A DNA stretch of 61,669 nt, filler included, from Stramenopiles sp. TOSAG23-6 (Eukaryota): the NCBI GenBank assembly GCA_900128565.1. It is 14 parts of 14 records of this genome, joined end to end, with 100 filler letters (N's around TTAATTAATTAA, not from the genome) between each part and the next. Parts side by side here need not be neighbours in the genome. Positions count along the whole stretch, not along the records: positions 26,553 to 30,867 come from LT637197.1; positions 30,968 to 35,277 come from LT637198.1; positions 35,378 to 39,683 come from LT637199.1; 11 more parts are not named here. One strand, 5' to 3'. Shown piece after piece: positions 26,707-38,386 of this stretch (position 1 is the stretch's first letter; each line of letters opens with the position of its first letter). The position numbers and the translations under genes are program-made. Below the pieces are notes generated by a model. It worked only from the letters and a program-made list of their open reading frames with translations. It ran no database searches and was not told the origin of the DNA.

Positions 26707-29667
26707 ATGATGAAGCGAATTTTTGCTTCAGTAAAGAAACATTCTTCATTTTTGACACCATGTCGTCAATTTACTACAGCACCACACGAAGATCTACGAA
26801 AGAACATAAAATTTTTGGGTTGGGCTTTAGGAACCTGTATACGAGATGAGTCAAAGGCTGCATATGATACTGTGGAAAAGCTGCGTGGACTGGCAAAAGA
26901 ATGGCGTTTGGAGAAGAAAGATCAGAAGAATGAAAAACTAAATGAAATTATCACTATTTCATCTTCGCTTTCTCCTGGAGCAATACATAAAGTTGCTCGC
27001 GCATTTACCCATTTTTTAGCTTTAGCAAACTCGGCTGAAGCGCATCATAGACTAAAACGAAGGCGCGAAGATGATTTGCAGATTGATAAAACTAATACTA
27101 ATACGCTTGAAGACTACCCCCAACCTCTAAACACGACGCTTGGTACATTTCAACAACTACTTGGTGTGCAAGAAAATAAATACACAACGGGCCCGATGGG
27201 AGTCGGAAAAGCAACAGCGTCACCAAAACAAATTTACGAAGCGCTTTGTACTCAGGAGGTTAACATTATTCTAACAGCACACCCGACCGAAGTGAATCGA
27301 CGTACGGTGGTAAGACGTCATATTGATATCGGGAACGCACTTGCTGCACGAGATCGGAAAGGGATGACATGGTTCGAAAAGAAAGAGGCTGAAGAGCAGC
27401 TTCGACGTCAGGTAGAGACTCTATGGTGGACAGATGAAATTAGAAGAGCAAAACCTACTCCAAACAAAGAAGCTGCTCACGGCATTGAAATCGCGGCAAA
27501 CAGCCTCTGGCCCGCTATTCCAAAAGTTTTAAGAAGAATTGATGATGAACTCTGTTCAATGACGGGAATTCAAAAGCCACTTCCACCTGATATAGCGCCA
27601 GTAAAGTTCGGCAGCTGGATGGGAGGCGACCGTGATGGAAATCCTAATGTTACGCCCAAGATCACTAGAGAAGTTGCAATCATGTCTCGTTTACGAGCTG
27701 CAAAATTAATCAAAGAGGCTATGATTGATTTACGCGATAACTTATCTTTGAGTGCAAGGAAAGCCACGCCCGAATTATTAGCCTTATTACCACAGAGGGA
27801 AGAGAATAATTCTCAAGAGCATTTAAAGCATCAACCCTATGCTCATCTATTTCATCATTTAGCCCAGCAATGCGATGCCACAATTTCGATTTTGGAGAGT
27901 GGCAGATTCTATCCATCTCAAGAAGACGATTTGATTCATAATGTTGAACCTTTATTGTCGAGCGAAGAGCTTGTAAATACATTAATGGTGGCTTATAATT
28001 CTCTCATAGAAGCTGGAAGGAATACTATTGCCGATGGTAAACTTCGTGATGTCATTCGCCAAGTTAAATGTTTCGGTCTCGCTCTTCTCCCCCTTGATTG
28101 TCGAAATGAGTCCGTACGGCATAGTGAAGCTCTTGATGCAATAACACGCTATTTAGGCATTGGTTCTTATTTAGATTGGGATGAAGATACACGAATGAGA
28201 TGGCTCTTGAAAGAGCTCTCAGAAAAACGTCCATTGCTGCCGACAAAAGGATTTAGCAATAATGATTGTTGGACCGACGGTCAACATTATGCTAAACTTG
28301 GCAGTATGTTTACCACTGTAGTTTGTGACACGCTCGGCACATTTGATATGATTGCCTCTTTACCTCCAGAGAATCTCTCAGCATATGTTATCTCGATGGC
28401 ACAGAATGCCTCTGATGTATTAGCGGTAAGACTGCTTCAATCCGAGGCTGGTGTAGCCGTTCCGATGCGAGTTGTGCCTCTTTTCGAGACTTTAGATGAT
28501 TTGCAAAGGGCTCCTACTATAATGCAATCTTTGTGGGATATTCCATGGTTTAAGGGCGACATTAATGCCAAACAAGAAGTCATGCTTGGCTATTCCGATT
28601 CTTCGAAAGACGCAGGCCGACTTGCTGCTGCATGGGCTCAATACATTGCACAAGAGAAACTAGTCAACTCTTCACAAGCTGTTGGTGTAGATCTAACATT
28701 ATTTCATGGCAAAGGAGGAACAGTTTCACGCGGTGGTGATCCATATGTATTCAGAGCCATATGCGCACAACCTTATGGTACAGTCAATGGTAAGTTTCGA
28801 ATCACAGAGCAGGGAGAGATCATCACACAAAACTATGGAAATCCTGGTATTGCAGAGCGACACTTAAATACATACATTGCTGCGATTCTTTACGAGAAAT
28901 TTTTACCAAAAGGAAACAGACAACCAAAAGAAGAGCACCGACTGCTCATGGATGCGCTTGGTGATCGGAGCTGTCAAGCCTATCGTCGCATTGTGCGTGA
29001 TGAGCCTGCATTTATTCCGTACTTTCGCTCAGCTACACCTGAGCTTGAAATCGCGGCTTTGAATGTGGGCTCGAGACCGGCAAAGAGGCGACCGACAGGA
29101 GGGGTAGAAACGCTTCGTGCAATACCTTGGGTTTTCTCTTGGGCACAGACAAGACTCAACTTGACTGCATGGTTAGGTATTGGTACAGCTTTTGAGTCCC
29201 TTGGTCCACTAGAACGCAAAACTTTACAAGACATGTACTCTCATTGGCCATGGTTCACCGCTCTTGTTGATGTTGTTGATATGGTTCTCGCGAAAACCGA
29301 AAGTGATATAGCCGAAAACTATGATCGACAACTTGTGGAGACACTAGAGAAGGGCGAGAGTACAGCTGGATTTGATGCCGATGAGCTTCTACATCTTGGT
29401 AAAACTCTTCGAAACGAATTAGCCGTAACAGAAAGAGAACTACTGTCTTTACGAGGATATAGCACGCCGCAAGAAGAAAATGCAACCTTGCAAAGCGCAC
29501 TCTTGGTACGCAATCCATACGTGGATCCATTGAATGTCTTTCAGGCTGAAGTACTTCGAAGACTTCGTGAAAATAAGTACAAAGACGAAAGCGAAAAGGC
29601 TGTTCTAGAAGATTCTTTGGTTATTTGTATTAATGGCATTGCTAACGGGCAGAAAAATACAGGATAA
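26707..29667 (+). CDS. PPC: Phosphoenolpyruvate carboxylase, probable mitochondrial presequence
   Basis: LTAHPTE, FGSWMGGDRDGNP, QEVMLGYSDSSKD, FHGKGGTVSRGG, LRAIPWVFSWAQTR, C-terminal KNTG; intronless. Confidence 0.98.
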   Translation: MMKRIFASVKKHSSFLTPCRQFTTAPHEDLRKNIKFLGWALGTCIRDESKAAYDTVEKLRGLAKEWRLEKKDQKNEKLNEIITISSSLSPGAIHKVARAFTHFLALANSAEAHHRLKRRREDDLQIDKTNTNTLEDYPQPLNTTLGTFQQLLGVQENKYTTGPMGVGKATASPKQIYEALCTQEVNIILTAHPTEVNRRTVVRRHIDIGNALAARDRKGMTWFEKKEAEEQLRRQVETLWWTDEIRRAKPTPNKEAAHGIEIAANSLWPAIPKVLRRIDDELCSMTGIQKPLPPDIAPVKFGSWMGGDRDGNPNVTPKITREVAIMSRLRAAKLIKEAMIDLRDNLSLSARKATPELLALLPQREENNSQEHLKHQPYAHLFHHLAQQCDATISILESGRFYPSQEDDLIHNVEPLLSSEELVNTLMVAYNSLIEAGRNTIADGKLRDVIRQVKCFGLALLPLDCRNESVRHSEALDAITRYLGIGSYLDWDEDTRMRWLLKELSEKRPLLPTKGFSNNDCWTDGQHYAKLGSMFTTVVCDTLGTFDMIASLPPENLSAYVISMAQNASDVLAVRLLQSEAGVAVPMRVVPLFETLDDLQRAPTIMQSLWDIPWFKGDINAKQEVMLGYSDSSKDAGRLAAAWAQYIAQEKLVNSSQAVGVDLTLFHGKGGTVSRGGDPYVFRAICAQPYGTVNGKFRITEQGEIITQNYGNPGIAERHLNTYIAAILYEKFLPKGNRQPKEEHRLLMDALGDRSCQAYRRIVRDEPAFIPYFRSATPELEIAALNVGSRPAKRRPTGGVETLRAIPWVFSWAQTRLNLTAWLGIGTAFESLGPLERKTLQDMYSHWPWFTALVDVVDMVLAKTESDIAENYDRQLVETLEKGESTAGFDADELLHLGKTLRNELAVTERELLSLRGYSTPQEENATLQSALLVRNPYVDPLNVFQAEVLRRLRENKYKDESEKAVLEDSLVICINGIANGQKNTG

Positions 29668-29791
29668 ATTATCTATATTCCTTGATATTACAATTTTCGA
29701 AAATACAGTACGTATTGCAAAGAGTAAAGGTATAGACATTAATTCTGCAAAGCCAAATCGATTGATTGGAACTTGGAAAAGTCCCGAAAAT

Positions 29792-30145
29792 ATGTCTATA
29801 GAAGGCTTTTCATCTCAACATGGATATCGTATTTATTTGGATGTCAAGGGTACATGGATTGCAGAGGAGTGGACGTTTGTTGCTGGTGATGATGAGGAGG
29901 ATCGGTTTAATCAACGAGGAGGTTACTGGGTGATTAAAGATAAGAATAACCCTAAACAAAATGTAGATGAAAATATATCACAAAATATAACTCTTTATCT
30001 GAAGGATAGTTGTACAGCAAACAACACATCAAATAAACAAAAAGTAATCTGTACGTTATGGAATAACCCTAACCCTAATGAAAATTCTGATACATATCAA
30101 ATATTAGAATTTTTTGGTAAAAGTAGTGAAAATTATCATCCATAA
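29792..30145 (+). CDS. Hypothetical small protein (start uncertain)
   Basis: Open frame 29633-30145 with protein-like composition; first ATG outside PEPC at 29792. Confidence 0.4.
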   Translation: MSIEGFSSQHGYRIYLDVKGTWIAEEWTFVAGDDEEDRFNQRGGYWVIKDKNNPKQNVDENISQNITLYLKDSCTANNTSNKQKVICTLWNNPNPNENSDTYQILEFFGKSSENYHP

Positions 30146-30213
30146 ATTATTGGCATTAGGTTAGGGTTAATGATTTCTGTTATGACATTAGTTCTAACAA
30201 CCTTATCTGTAAA

Positions 30214-30801
30214 TTATAAAATAAACTCATCNTTANTNAATGATTNANCTTTTCTATTATCTTGTTTTGTCGATTTCGTGTCGTTGACGTCATCAGCAGA
30301 CGGATCATCATCATTGAAAAATGATTTCGAATTTACATCAAAAATAGAAGTAGGACTGTATTTTGAAAAATATTTGAAAAAAAAAAACTTGAATTTGTTA
30401 GGTACAAAATTTCGTACGAAAAAAAAATCGAATTTGAAAAGAAAAAGATACCTGCTCAACTCTTCTTCATATTTTTGGTCAAATGACACATTGAGAACAT
30501 TCATAGATACATCATTTACTTTATCTTTTAAATGTTGCTCATCATCCGGATGTTTTTTGTCTTGATTTGATTTATTTTTTAAATGTTGCTTATCATCCTC
30601 CCACATTTTATGACGTTTCAAAATTTTCATTTCTTGATTAATTCTTGAACGTTTTTTTGTTTTTTCTTTGGACAGTCTCAAAATATCATGATCAAGTTCA
30701 GAAAGAAGTATAGTGTTTTCAAAATCAAAAAATGATTTATTGTGTATATCCATTAAATCATTATATTGCCCCAACGTTTGAATGATTTCCTTATCAAGAC
30801 G
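30214..30801 (-). CDS. Coiled-coil protein, 3' part
   Basis: Exons 30801-30452 and 30355-30214; the upstream family intron ends in AT at 30802. Confidence 0.6.
   Translation of the reverse strand, partial: RLDKEIIQTLGQYNDLMDIHNKSFFDFENTILLSELDHDILRLSKEKTKKRSRINQEMKILKRHKMWEDDKQHLKNKSNQDKKHPDDEQHLKDKVNDVSMNVLNVSFDQKYEEELSRYLFLFKFDFFFVRNFVPNKFKFFFFKYFSKYSPTSIFDVNSKSFFNDDDPSADDVNDTKSTKQDNRKXXSXXXDEFIL
30356..30451 (-). mobile_element. Repeat-family intron, GT-AG, flanked AG/AG, 96 nt (3n, stop-free)
   Basis: AG|GTATCT...TTTCGTACGAAATTTTGTACCTAAC...CAAAATACAG|T. Confidence 0.85.
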
Positions 30802-31057
30802 ATATATTTTGTAAAAATATTTCAAAAAAAAAACTAAAATTTGTTAGGTACAAAATTTCGTACGAAANNNNNNNNNNNNNNNNNNNNNNNNNNNNNNNNN
30901 NNNNNNNNNNNTTAATTAATTAANNNNNNNNNNNNNNNNNNNNNNNNNNNNNNNNNNNNNNNNNNNNTTTTTTTCAAATTCGATTTTTTTTTTTTTGAAA
31001 ATTTTGTACCTAACAAATTTAAGTGTTTTTTTTTTGAAATATTTTTCCAAAATACAT

Positions 31058-31331
31058 TGATTCAAATCTCTCAGTTCGAAAGTTAATTTCTACCTCAAAG
31101 AGTTTGAATTTGGTTGAACATTTAGGAGTTTCATACCCATCAACATTTCCTGCTTCTTGTCCTTTATTACGTCGCGATGGTTTCGTATCATCAGCTAGAC
31201 ATGATGGAATTATTAATTTATCAGTCACTGAGGAAATGATAAAGGAAGCGAATTGTGCAAGTTGGGATGAAACAACACAGTGCCACGTGTCAGATCATCG
31301 TCCTGTCCTTGCACTTTTAAAAATCGTATGA
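31058..31331 (+). CDS. Endonuclease/exonuclease/phosphatase-family protein, last exon
   Basis: STFPASCP..RRD..VSDHRPV; preceded by the family acceptor AAAATACAT ending at 31057. Confidence 0.75.
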
Positions 31332-31659
31332 GGTATCTACTGGTACTACGTACGTATTGAACCACAAGGGTTGTCAATGGCATTAAATTTTATTCAATTT
31401 TATTACAAAATTTCAAAATAAAATTAAATTGTATGAATTTACCCCCCTATCCCAACCACTCATGTAGTCTTTACTATTCTACACTATTTGATACTGTTTC
31501 TATGTACTTTTATATAATGAGAAATGAAGAGCACGTTGTGGGTTCTATGAGAGACATGGGATGTCAGATTCAATCATTCATTCTGATCAAATCATATATA
31601 CATTTACACTTGCTGATTCAAGTACTCTTACACATTGTACCCATATATCATCAACGCTA

Positions 31660-33093
31660 TCACTTATTTATATCCATATATACTTTACATCGTATTCTCA
31701 TTCGATTCTGTTGATCGGAACGTGCTACTCTCCGCGCTCTTCCTACCCTGCCAATTCGGATTTCATTTGCACGTTCTTTTGTACGGTTTTCCTGCCTCAA
31801 TCGAGCGTGTCTTTTTGCTTGAGTAATGCATATGCTGTCTACGTTTATGATTGCTTCATATCCCTCATACATGATATGATTCGTTTTGTTTGTTGTAGTG
31901 GATACAACAGCACTAGGTGCTTTACATTGCTTGAATTTGTAAATACATTTTACAGTTTTCGGTATATGTCGCAGTCCCATTGTAAAAGCTAATTGATAGT
32001 TAGTAGGATCTTTCGCAAGCTGGCTATAAAAATCATGAGAAAATGCCCATGCAGTATTATCAGGGACTTTTCCTTTTGTACAAATGACCGCAGTATTAAA
32101 TTTAGAAAAGGCATCTATAGCACTTCCAGAGTTACAGACATTGACGATGACGAATTTACATGGACCAATAATTTGGGCTAGATCGTTGTATGACATGGGC
32201 TTTCCTGATCCAGTTTGCAGCTGATTTATTCCTTTACTGTGCACAGAAAAATGAAATCCGTCATACTTATTTGTGTAAACTTTCTGCTTCAATGTTTCGA
32301 TACTGAAGTTTGATAACCTTTCAATCAAAATATTTTTTTTTGTAATCCAATTGTATTCGTCATCGGTATTTAGGCCATCGCCATTTACAGATACAAATAA
32401 AACCTTTGGGGGCTGTTGCACTGCAAAATCTGTTGTTGAAATCCCTCGATTAAGTGTAGGACCTCGAAATATCATAGGTTGGAAACATACGACCGCCCAG
32501 GCCTTTGAATAATAGAAATCACCTTCTTCTCCTTTTGGGTGTTTGATTTTTTCCCATCCTTCTTCATTGGGCATTTCGCCTCGAGCCCAACGATAGTAAA
32601 ACTTTCCTTCAACTCTGCTATCTACGTCTACGAAATTTTTATACGTAATTCCTCTTTCAGCTAATTCCACGTCGTCCGGGAAATACATCATGGTTCGTAA
32701 AAAAGTATCTTTTCTAGAAAACGAATCATATGGTATAAATCTGAATGTCGTCCATGAGTTCTCATTACTCCATGATACATTGAAATTTGGCTTCACGTAT
32801 GGTGGTTTGTTATTCTGGCCATCATATTTTCTTTCGTATATTTGTTTGTGCATTGTAAGGTACAGCTCGCGATATCTCGCACTCTTAAAATGTACAAAGC
32901 GGAATTTTTTTTTTGTTGGATTTTCCTGTGTCATGGCTTCGATAACAGATGTTGGGAGTGAATAACTTCTGTGCTTTTCTGAGTAAACTGTATTTCCCCG
33001 TCCCTCGAATACGTCCCTGACTGCTTCATGGTCAATCCAATTTTCTTTCGACTCATAGTGGTTGATCCATTCTATTTCTTCGATATCGCTCAT
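31660..33093 (-). CDS. CHAT-like (caspase-related) domain protein
   Basis: FHFSVHS, VIVNVCNSG, VICTKGKVPDNTAWAFSHDFYSQL; intronless. Confidence 0.7.
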   Translation of the reverse strand: MSDIEEIEWINHYESKENWIDHEAVRDVFEGRGNTVYSEKHRSYSLPTSVIEAMTQENPTKKKFRFVHFKSARYRELYLTMHKQIYERKYDGQNNKPPYVKPNFNVSWSNENSWTTFRFIPYDSFSRKDTFLRTMMYFPDDVELAERGITYKNFVDVDSRVEGKFYYRWARGEMPNEEGWEKIKHPKGEEGDFYYSKAWAVVCFQPMIFRGPTLNRGISTTDFAVQQPPKVLFVSVNGDGLNTDDEYNWITKKNILIERLSNFSIETLKQKVYTNKYDGFHFSVHSKGINQLQTGSGKPMSYNDLAQIIGPCKFVIVNVCNSGSAIDAFSKFNTAVICTKGKVPDNTAWAFSHDFYSQLAKDPTNYQLAFTMGLRHIPKTVKCIYKFKQCKAPSAVVSTTTNKTNHIMYEGYEAIINVDSICITQAKRHARLRQENRTKERANEIRIGRVGRARRVARSDQQNRMRIRCKVYMDINK

Positions 33094-33404
33094 TTTAAAA
33101 AATGAAATACAATGTTTGAATTCTATGTATCACCCCAAGATAATATTACAGTAATTTTAATTTTAATCACAATAATTTAATGAGATCAATTAATTTGTCG
33201 TATCTTTCTTTCGAACAAGCAAATTACTACTCCGAAAAGTAACTCGGAACTGCCACGTGTCAAACCTCAGGGGAAAACGCGAATTACTGGGCACTAATGC
33301 CACAAGACCACGCGTCACTTTCGTCGCTCTAATAGCAGCTACTAGTTACACAAGCCAGATAAGAATTACTCTTAACAGCCATACTTCCAACAAAAGACAA
33401 CACA

Positions 33405-34925
33405 ATGCCTTCACAAGGAAGTCGACAATTTGCGCACGTAGCTTCTTTGCAACAAAATGCTCTTGATTCAATCAACGGTTCGAAACCACGCATATTTCCA
33501 AAAGAAGCAGAAAACCTAAGAATAGCAAAAATGTGTACCAACTGCGGGAAAAAACATAAAGTAAGCTGGCCGATAATTGGTACTGATAAAAGGTACTGCA
33601 AAAATTGTCATTGTAAGTGTGTGCATGAACACTTTGAAAATTGGCAAAACGGGCGTGAAACTACTGAGACTGCTCCTGTTCGTTCTAGAGTTCATTCTAT
33701 TTCTATCAGCAATGAAGAACGCGACATAGCAGAACATTTGACAAATTTGAAGGATTTTTGTCGCGAACTCAATAAGGATCCAAATACGCTGAATACATGC
33801 GATTTGAGTCGCGACGCGATTGATGATGTTGAATCTATCGTGAAAAACATTAAAGTTCAGTATGATGCTGAACAGAAGCAGGTAAATCGTCTGACCGTTA
33901 AAAAAAATCGTCTCGTGGGTAAATCAGGTATGAAGTCTCGTGATATCTTGATTTTTGTGAGTGAGGTACACGCGTGTTTACTTGACTTGAAAAAGGTAGA
34001 GACAGTCTGTGAATCTACAGATTACCTTGAAATCAAACAAAACGAGGCAGCCGACAACTATCAAGAGAAAAAGAAAGCAAAGACTCAAGCAGAAAAAAAT
34101 GAAAAGGTTGCAAAAACATGTGAAGACACAATGCGAACGGAGGTTGGATTTGAAGAATCGTGGAAAATTCTTACAGATGAAACTACGAACAAAATAAAAG
34201 TTGACCTTAGTGAAAATCGATATGATTATGCCAGTGCAAAGGCATTGAAGGAAATTATTGATACGCTTTGTATTTGGAACAATGAACACCATGAAAAACT
34301 TCGCGAAAAATTTAATTTGATGAAACCGGAGCTTTCTCAGATGATTGATGGAAAATTGGCAAAAGCTTACGAAGAAAGCACCATATCAATTGTCAATAAG
34401 TACAACAAATTTCTGATGGAGTTGGATAAAAGCAAGGAAGAAATACAGAAAGATATTGACAATGATCGGGAGACATTTGGTGAGAAATCTGATCCTCTTC
34501 GCTTGGATAAAGAGAATAAATTGAAAGCCACTAAAAACCGAATTAAACATATTCAAGAGAGTTTGAATAACGAAACAAAAGAGATTGAAAATTTCCCTTC
34601 TTTATTAAATGGTCCATTCAAGATTCTCTTTAAAAAGCTATCGCAAGAAACCAAAGTAAGTTGGCATGAAGCCTTCCGAAATCTTTCTACTGAAGCTGAT
34701 GACAACGAGGTAAAAAAATATGCAGAACTTGCTGCATATGCGATCAATTGTCACTTTCCTTGTACTCGTACTGATGTAGTAGTACATCCTCTACCATCTA
34801 TTCCAATTGCGAACATTGCGAAGCGAAAACGCGACGAATTTGAAGGCGACGACGAGCCCTCAGCTAACAATGACAATGTAAAGCCTAGACGAGGAGGTTG
34901 GTTTTCTTTCCGTTTCTTTAATTAA
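33405..34925 (+). CDS. Coiled-coil protein with an N-terminal Cys/His cluster
   Basis: CTNC..H..CKNCHC..H followed by heptad-rich sequence; 506 aa, intronless. Confidence 0.75.
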   Translation: MPSQGSRQFAHVASLQQNALDSINGSKPRIFPKEAENLRIAKMCTNCGKKHKVSWPIIGTDKRYCKNCHCKCVHEHFENWQNGRETTETAPVRSRVHSISISNEERDIAEHLTNLKDFCRELNKDPNTLNTCDLSRDAIDDVESIVKNIKVQYDAEQKQVNRLTVKKNRLVGKSGMKSRDILIFVSEVHACLLDLKKVETVCESTDYLEIKQNEAADNYQEKKKAKTQAEKNEKVAKTCEDTMRTEVGFEESWKILTDETTNKIKVDLSENRYDYASAKALKEIIDTLCIWNNEHHEKLREKFNLMKPELSQMIDGKLAKAYEESTISIVNKYNKFLMELDKSKEEIQKDIDNDRETFGEKSDPLRLDKENKLKATKNRIKHIQESLNNETKEIENFPSLLNGPFKILFKKLSQETKVSWHEAFRNLSTEADDNEVKKYAELAAYAINCHFPCTRTDVVVHPLPSIPIANIAKRKRDEFEGDDEPSANNDNVKPRRGGWFSFRFFN

Positions 34926-35855
34926 TTGTTCCGTAAAGTTATAACCTTTATTTATTTTTGCAGTGTTTTTTTATCAATGGAAGATATTGTACACAATGCA
35001 ACAAAATACGTACAAGAATGTGGAGGACTTCGTGTTGATGTTTCTGTTATAACCCTAACCTACATGCTTATGTTAATTTAGTCTAAGCATCTTGAGATTG
35101 AATAATTAAATTTTATTCATTAATCTTTATGGTATAATTTTGAATTTTTCGAATTTAGATTTTATTAAGATTTGAGATTTGAATAAATCGAAATCAAATC
35201 TCAGAATTTTTCAATGGTCAATCTCGTGTCTGATAATCTACTGAAGCGATAATAATACTGTGAAACACGCTGCAACANNNNNNNNNNNNNNNNNNNNNNN
35301 NNNNNNNNNNNNNNNNNNNNNTTAATTAATTAANNNNNNNNNNNNNNNNNNNNNNNNNNNNNNNNNNNNNNNNNNNNGTGCTGCAAATAATGTTGCCTTG
35401 AAAAGTTTGCTCATGTTGACCATTTTGAAAATTCTGTATTGTCAAGTATAATAAAGTAAAAAGTTTTGTCACTAAGCATTGCTGAATATATATAGTAATT
35501 GATATCTTGTTATCGTTGATTCCTTGGTTATTTTTTCTGGATTTTGTTTCTCTCTGTAAAGCATATACATTTTGTTTATTCTAGACCAATTGCAGTATTT
35601 TTACGAATAAATGAATAATGTACAACCTACCTTTTTGAAAGAGTTAAGCGATTGAATTGCTGAATTTTGAAGTTTTATGAAAGCGAGAATCAGAATCTCA
35701 ATCATGTTTGGGAAATGTATTTTTCGTTTTGTAAAAAATTGTGAAACCGTAAAAAAAAATCATATTTATACACTACAAAACTTTGCATAAAATATCAACA
35801 TATATCTTCGTGTGTGTATAAATATAGATTGTATACATACAAATACATAAAAACA

Positions 35856-36583
35856 ATGTTTGGCCGACAAAATCGGTTTGATTATACGTATGATAGAGAT
35901 TATGTAGCAGACAATGGAGGAACAGGTCCTGGAGCGTATAATATATCTGCTAATCATGGCTATAGCACAGCTAGTTATCGATCTGGTTCTGTCTGGGCTC
36001 GAACTTCTTTACCGTACACACAATCGAATTATTCAGATAATATTGCAATAGGACCTGGGTCATATAGTCCTCATTTACTACAACAAAAGAAATATCGAGG
36101 AGGAGCACTCTCTCAATCAAGTAGAACAGATGATTGGATGGGTGTGTGTTATTCAAATGCAAAACAAAGGGCAAAAACGAGTTACAATCGTCACAATCGT
36201 CAAACATTAAAATTTCAAAACAATACAAATAGAATTAAAGATAATACTAAAACCACAGAAATAGAAAATAATACAAAACGTGGATTAATTGCATGTATGC
36301 GATTATATCGCCAAGCTACACAAAAACAAAGAGATTTACAAATTCTTTGTAGGAATAAAAGAGATGAAGATAAATGGAATGTTTCATTGAGGAGTAAGCC
36401 TCGAAAGAAACTTCCTATTATAAAAGTATTTGATGACTCTAATGCAATAATGTATCATTCATCATTTACGTCTAATGAAATGAAGAAAATGAAAATTCAT
36501 TCAAAACAATCGATGAAAAAGAGAAATTATACTACTAATAACACTAATAACACTAATAACACTAATACTACTACTACTACTAC

Positions 36584-36622
<39 letters not shown>

Positions 36623-38348
36623 AAATAATAAAAACTTCAAAGAAAATAATGTAGTCAGTGGTTCCTCTTTTCTTATGAAAGACAAGTCTTCAATTGAAGG
36701 ACATTATGATGATGATGTTTCTATTAAAAGTGACATTATTACGTCTAATATTTTGGGAATATCAAATAATGAAAGAAAACATAAATCAAAAAAAGTAAAA
36801 AATTCAAAAAATACTATACCAAAATTAAATACTACTACTCACCCTAACCCTGAATCTTCTTATTCTACTCATTCTATTTTACATAAAAACAGAAACAAAT
36901 CTAATGTCTCTGAAGGGGTGAAACATAAAAAATCTTCACAAAGGATAATAATAAAAAGTAATCAAAAAAAGAATCAAAAGCAAAATATAGAAAAATCATT
37001 TGAAACAAATAAAACAAATAAAACAAATAAAACAAATAAAACAAATAAAACAAATAAAACAAATACATCAAAGAATGTCTACAAAGGTTCCAATACTACT
37101 ACTAGTTATAAAAATAATACAATAAATCATAATAAGAAGAAACAAAAACGGCCACGTGGCGGAGCCCAACAACGTCTTTTATCTCGTGTGAAACTACAAT
37201 TAACACAATTACATCCAACGCCAATAGCTGCAATAAAAGATATACTAAGTTGTACTCCTAGTAGTAGTAATACTAATATTGAGACTATTGAAACAAATAG
37301 TAAAGAGTATACAGAAATGAATATATTACCAAGAAACATTCATAATGGATTAAATATGCTTGGTTTAGATATTTCAAAAGTAGATGCAAAAATGATTTAT
37401 ACAATAGCAAAAGAGCGTGATGATAATAATAAAAAAAATATCGTTACAATAGAATCAATTTGTAATGCTATTTTTGGATTGAATGATTCAAATGATTCAA
37501 ATACTACTTCTAACCAAAACAAACAACAAAATTCTTTTAATAATTCAATAAATGAAAATAATAAAAACAATAAAAATAATAAAAACAATAAAAACAATAC
37601 AAACAATAAAAATAATAAAAATAGTAAAATACACTCAAAAGAAAAGAGACAACAAAGAGGACAAAATAATATTGAAAATAGTTTTATGGAAGATAATTAC
37701 AATAATGAAAAAAATACAATGAATGAATCAAAATCTTTAATCAATGATGATTTTGATACATCCTCTGATGAAGATGAACGAAATAACCCTAATAATCAAA
37801 ACCCTACACATAATAATAGTGATGATTTTGATACATCCTCTGATGAAGATGAACAAAATAATACTAGACCTAATAATAGTGATATATCTCAAATAATTAA
37901 CAAAGATGACATTATGAAATCTTCAAAGATAACAAAACCAAATGAAACAAATTTTGATGAAACATTGCCAAACACTAATGAAACAGATAAATGGCCAAAA
38001 ATTGTCAAGAAAGCAGATGGTTCAGTGCATATCACAAAAAAATGTGGGGATACTGAAACTGTACTCAAAGATGGAATGCGTATTGAAATATGTAACTGTC
38101 AAAAACATAGATTTATTAAAAGGCAAAAAGCACCAGATGGCACAATTATTGAATCACTACGAAATGGTATTCGTATACAAATCATGCAAGATGGGACACA
38201 AATTGAAGTTAGACCTGATGTATTTTTAATTTACTATTAATTTTTTTTTTTTTTTTTTTTAAAAAAATTTTTTTTTTTTATAGATAATTTTTTCCCCAAA
38301 AAAATTTTTTTTTTTTTTTTCATAAAAAATTTTTTCCCTAAAAAAATT

Positions 38349-38386
<38 letters not shown>

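Noticed and set aside
26707-29667. PEPC or the cadherin-like gene as bacterial contamination
   Set aside because: PEPC has a presequence and shares its scaffold with a family intron and telomere tracts. The cadherin-like scaffold cannot be verified, but such proteins are common in stramenopiles.
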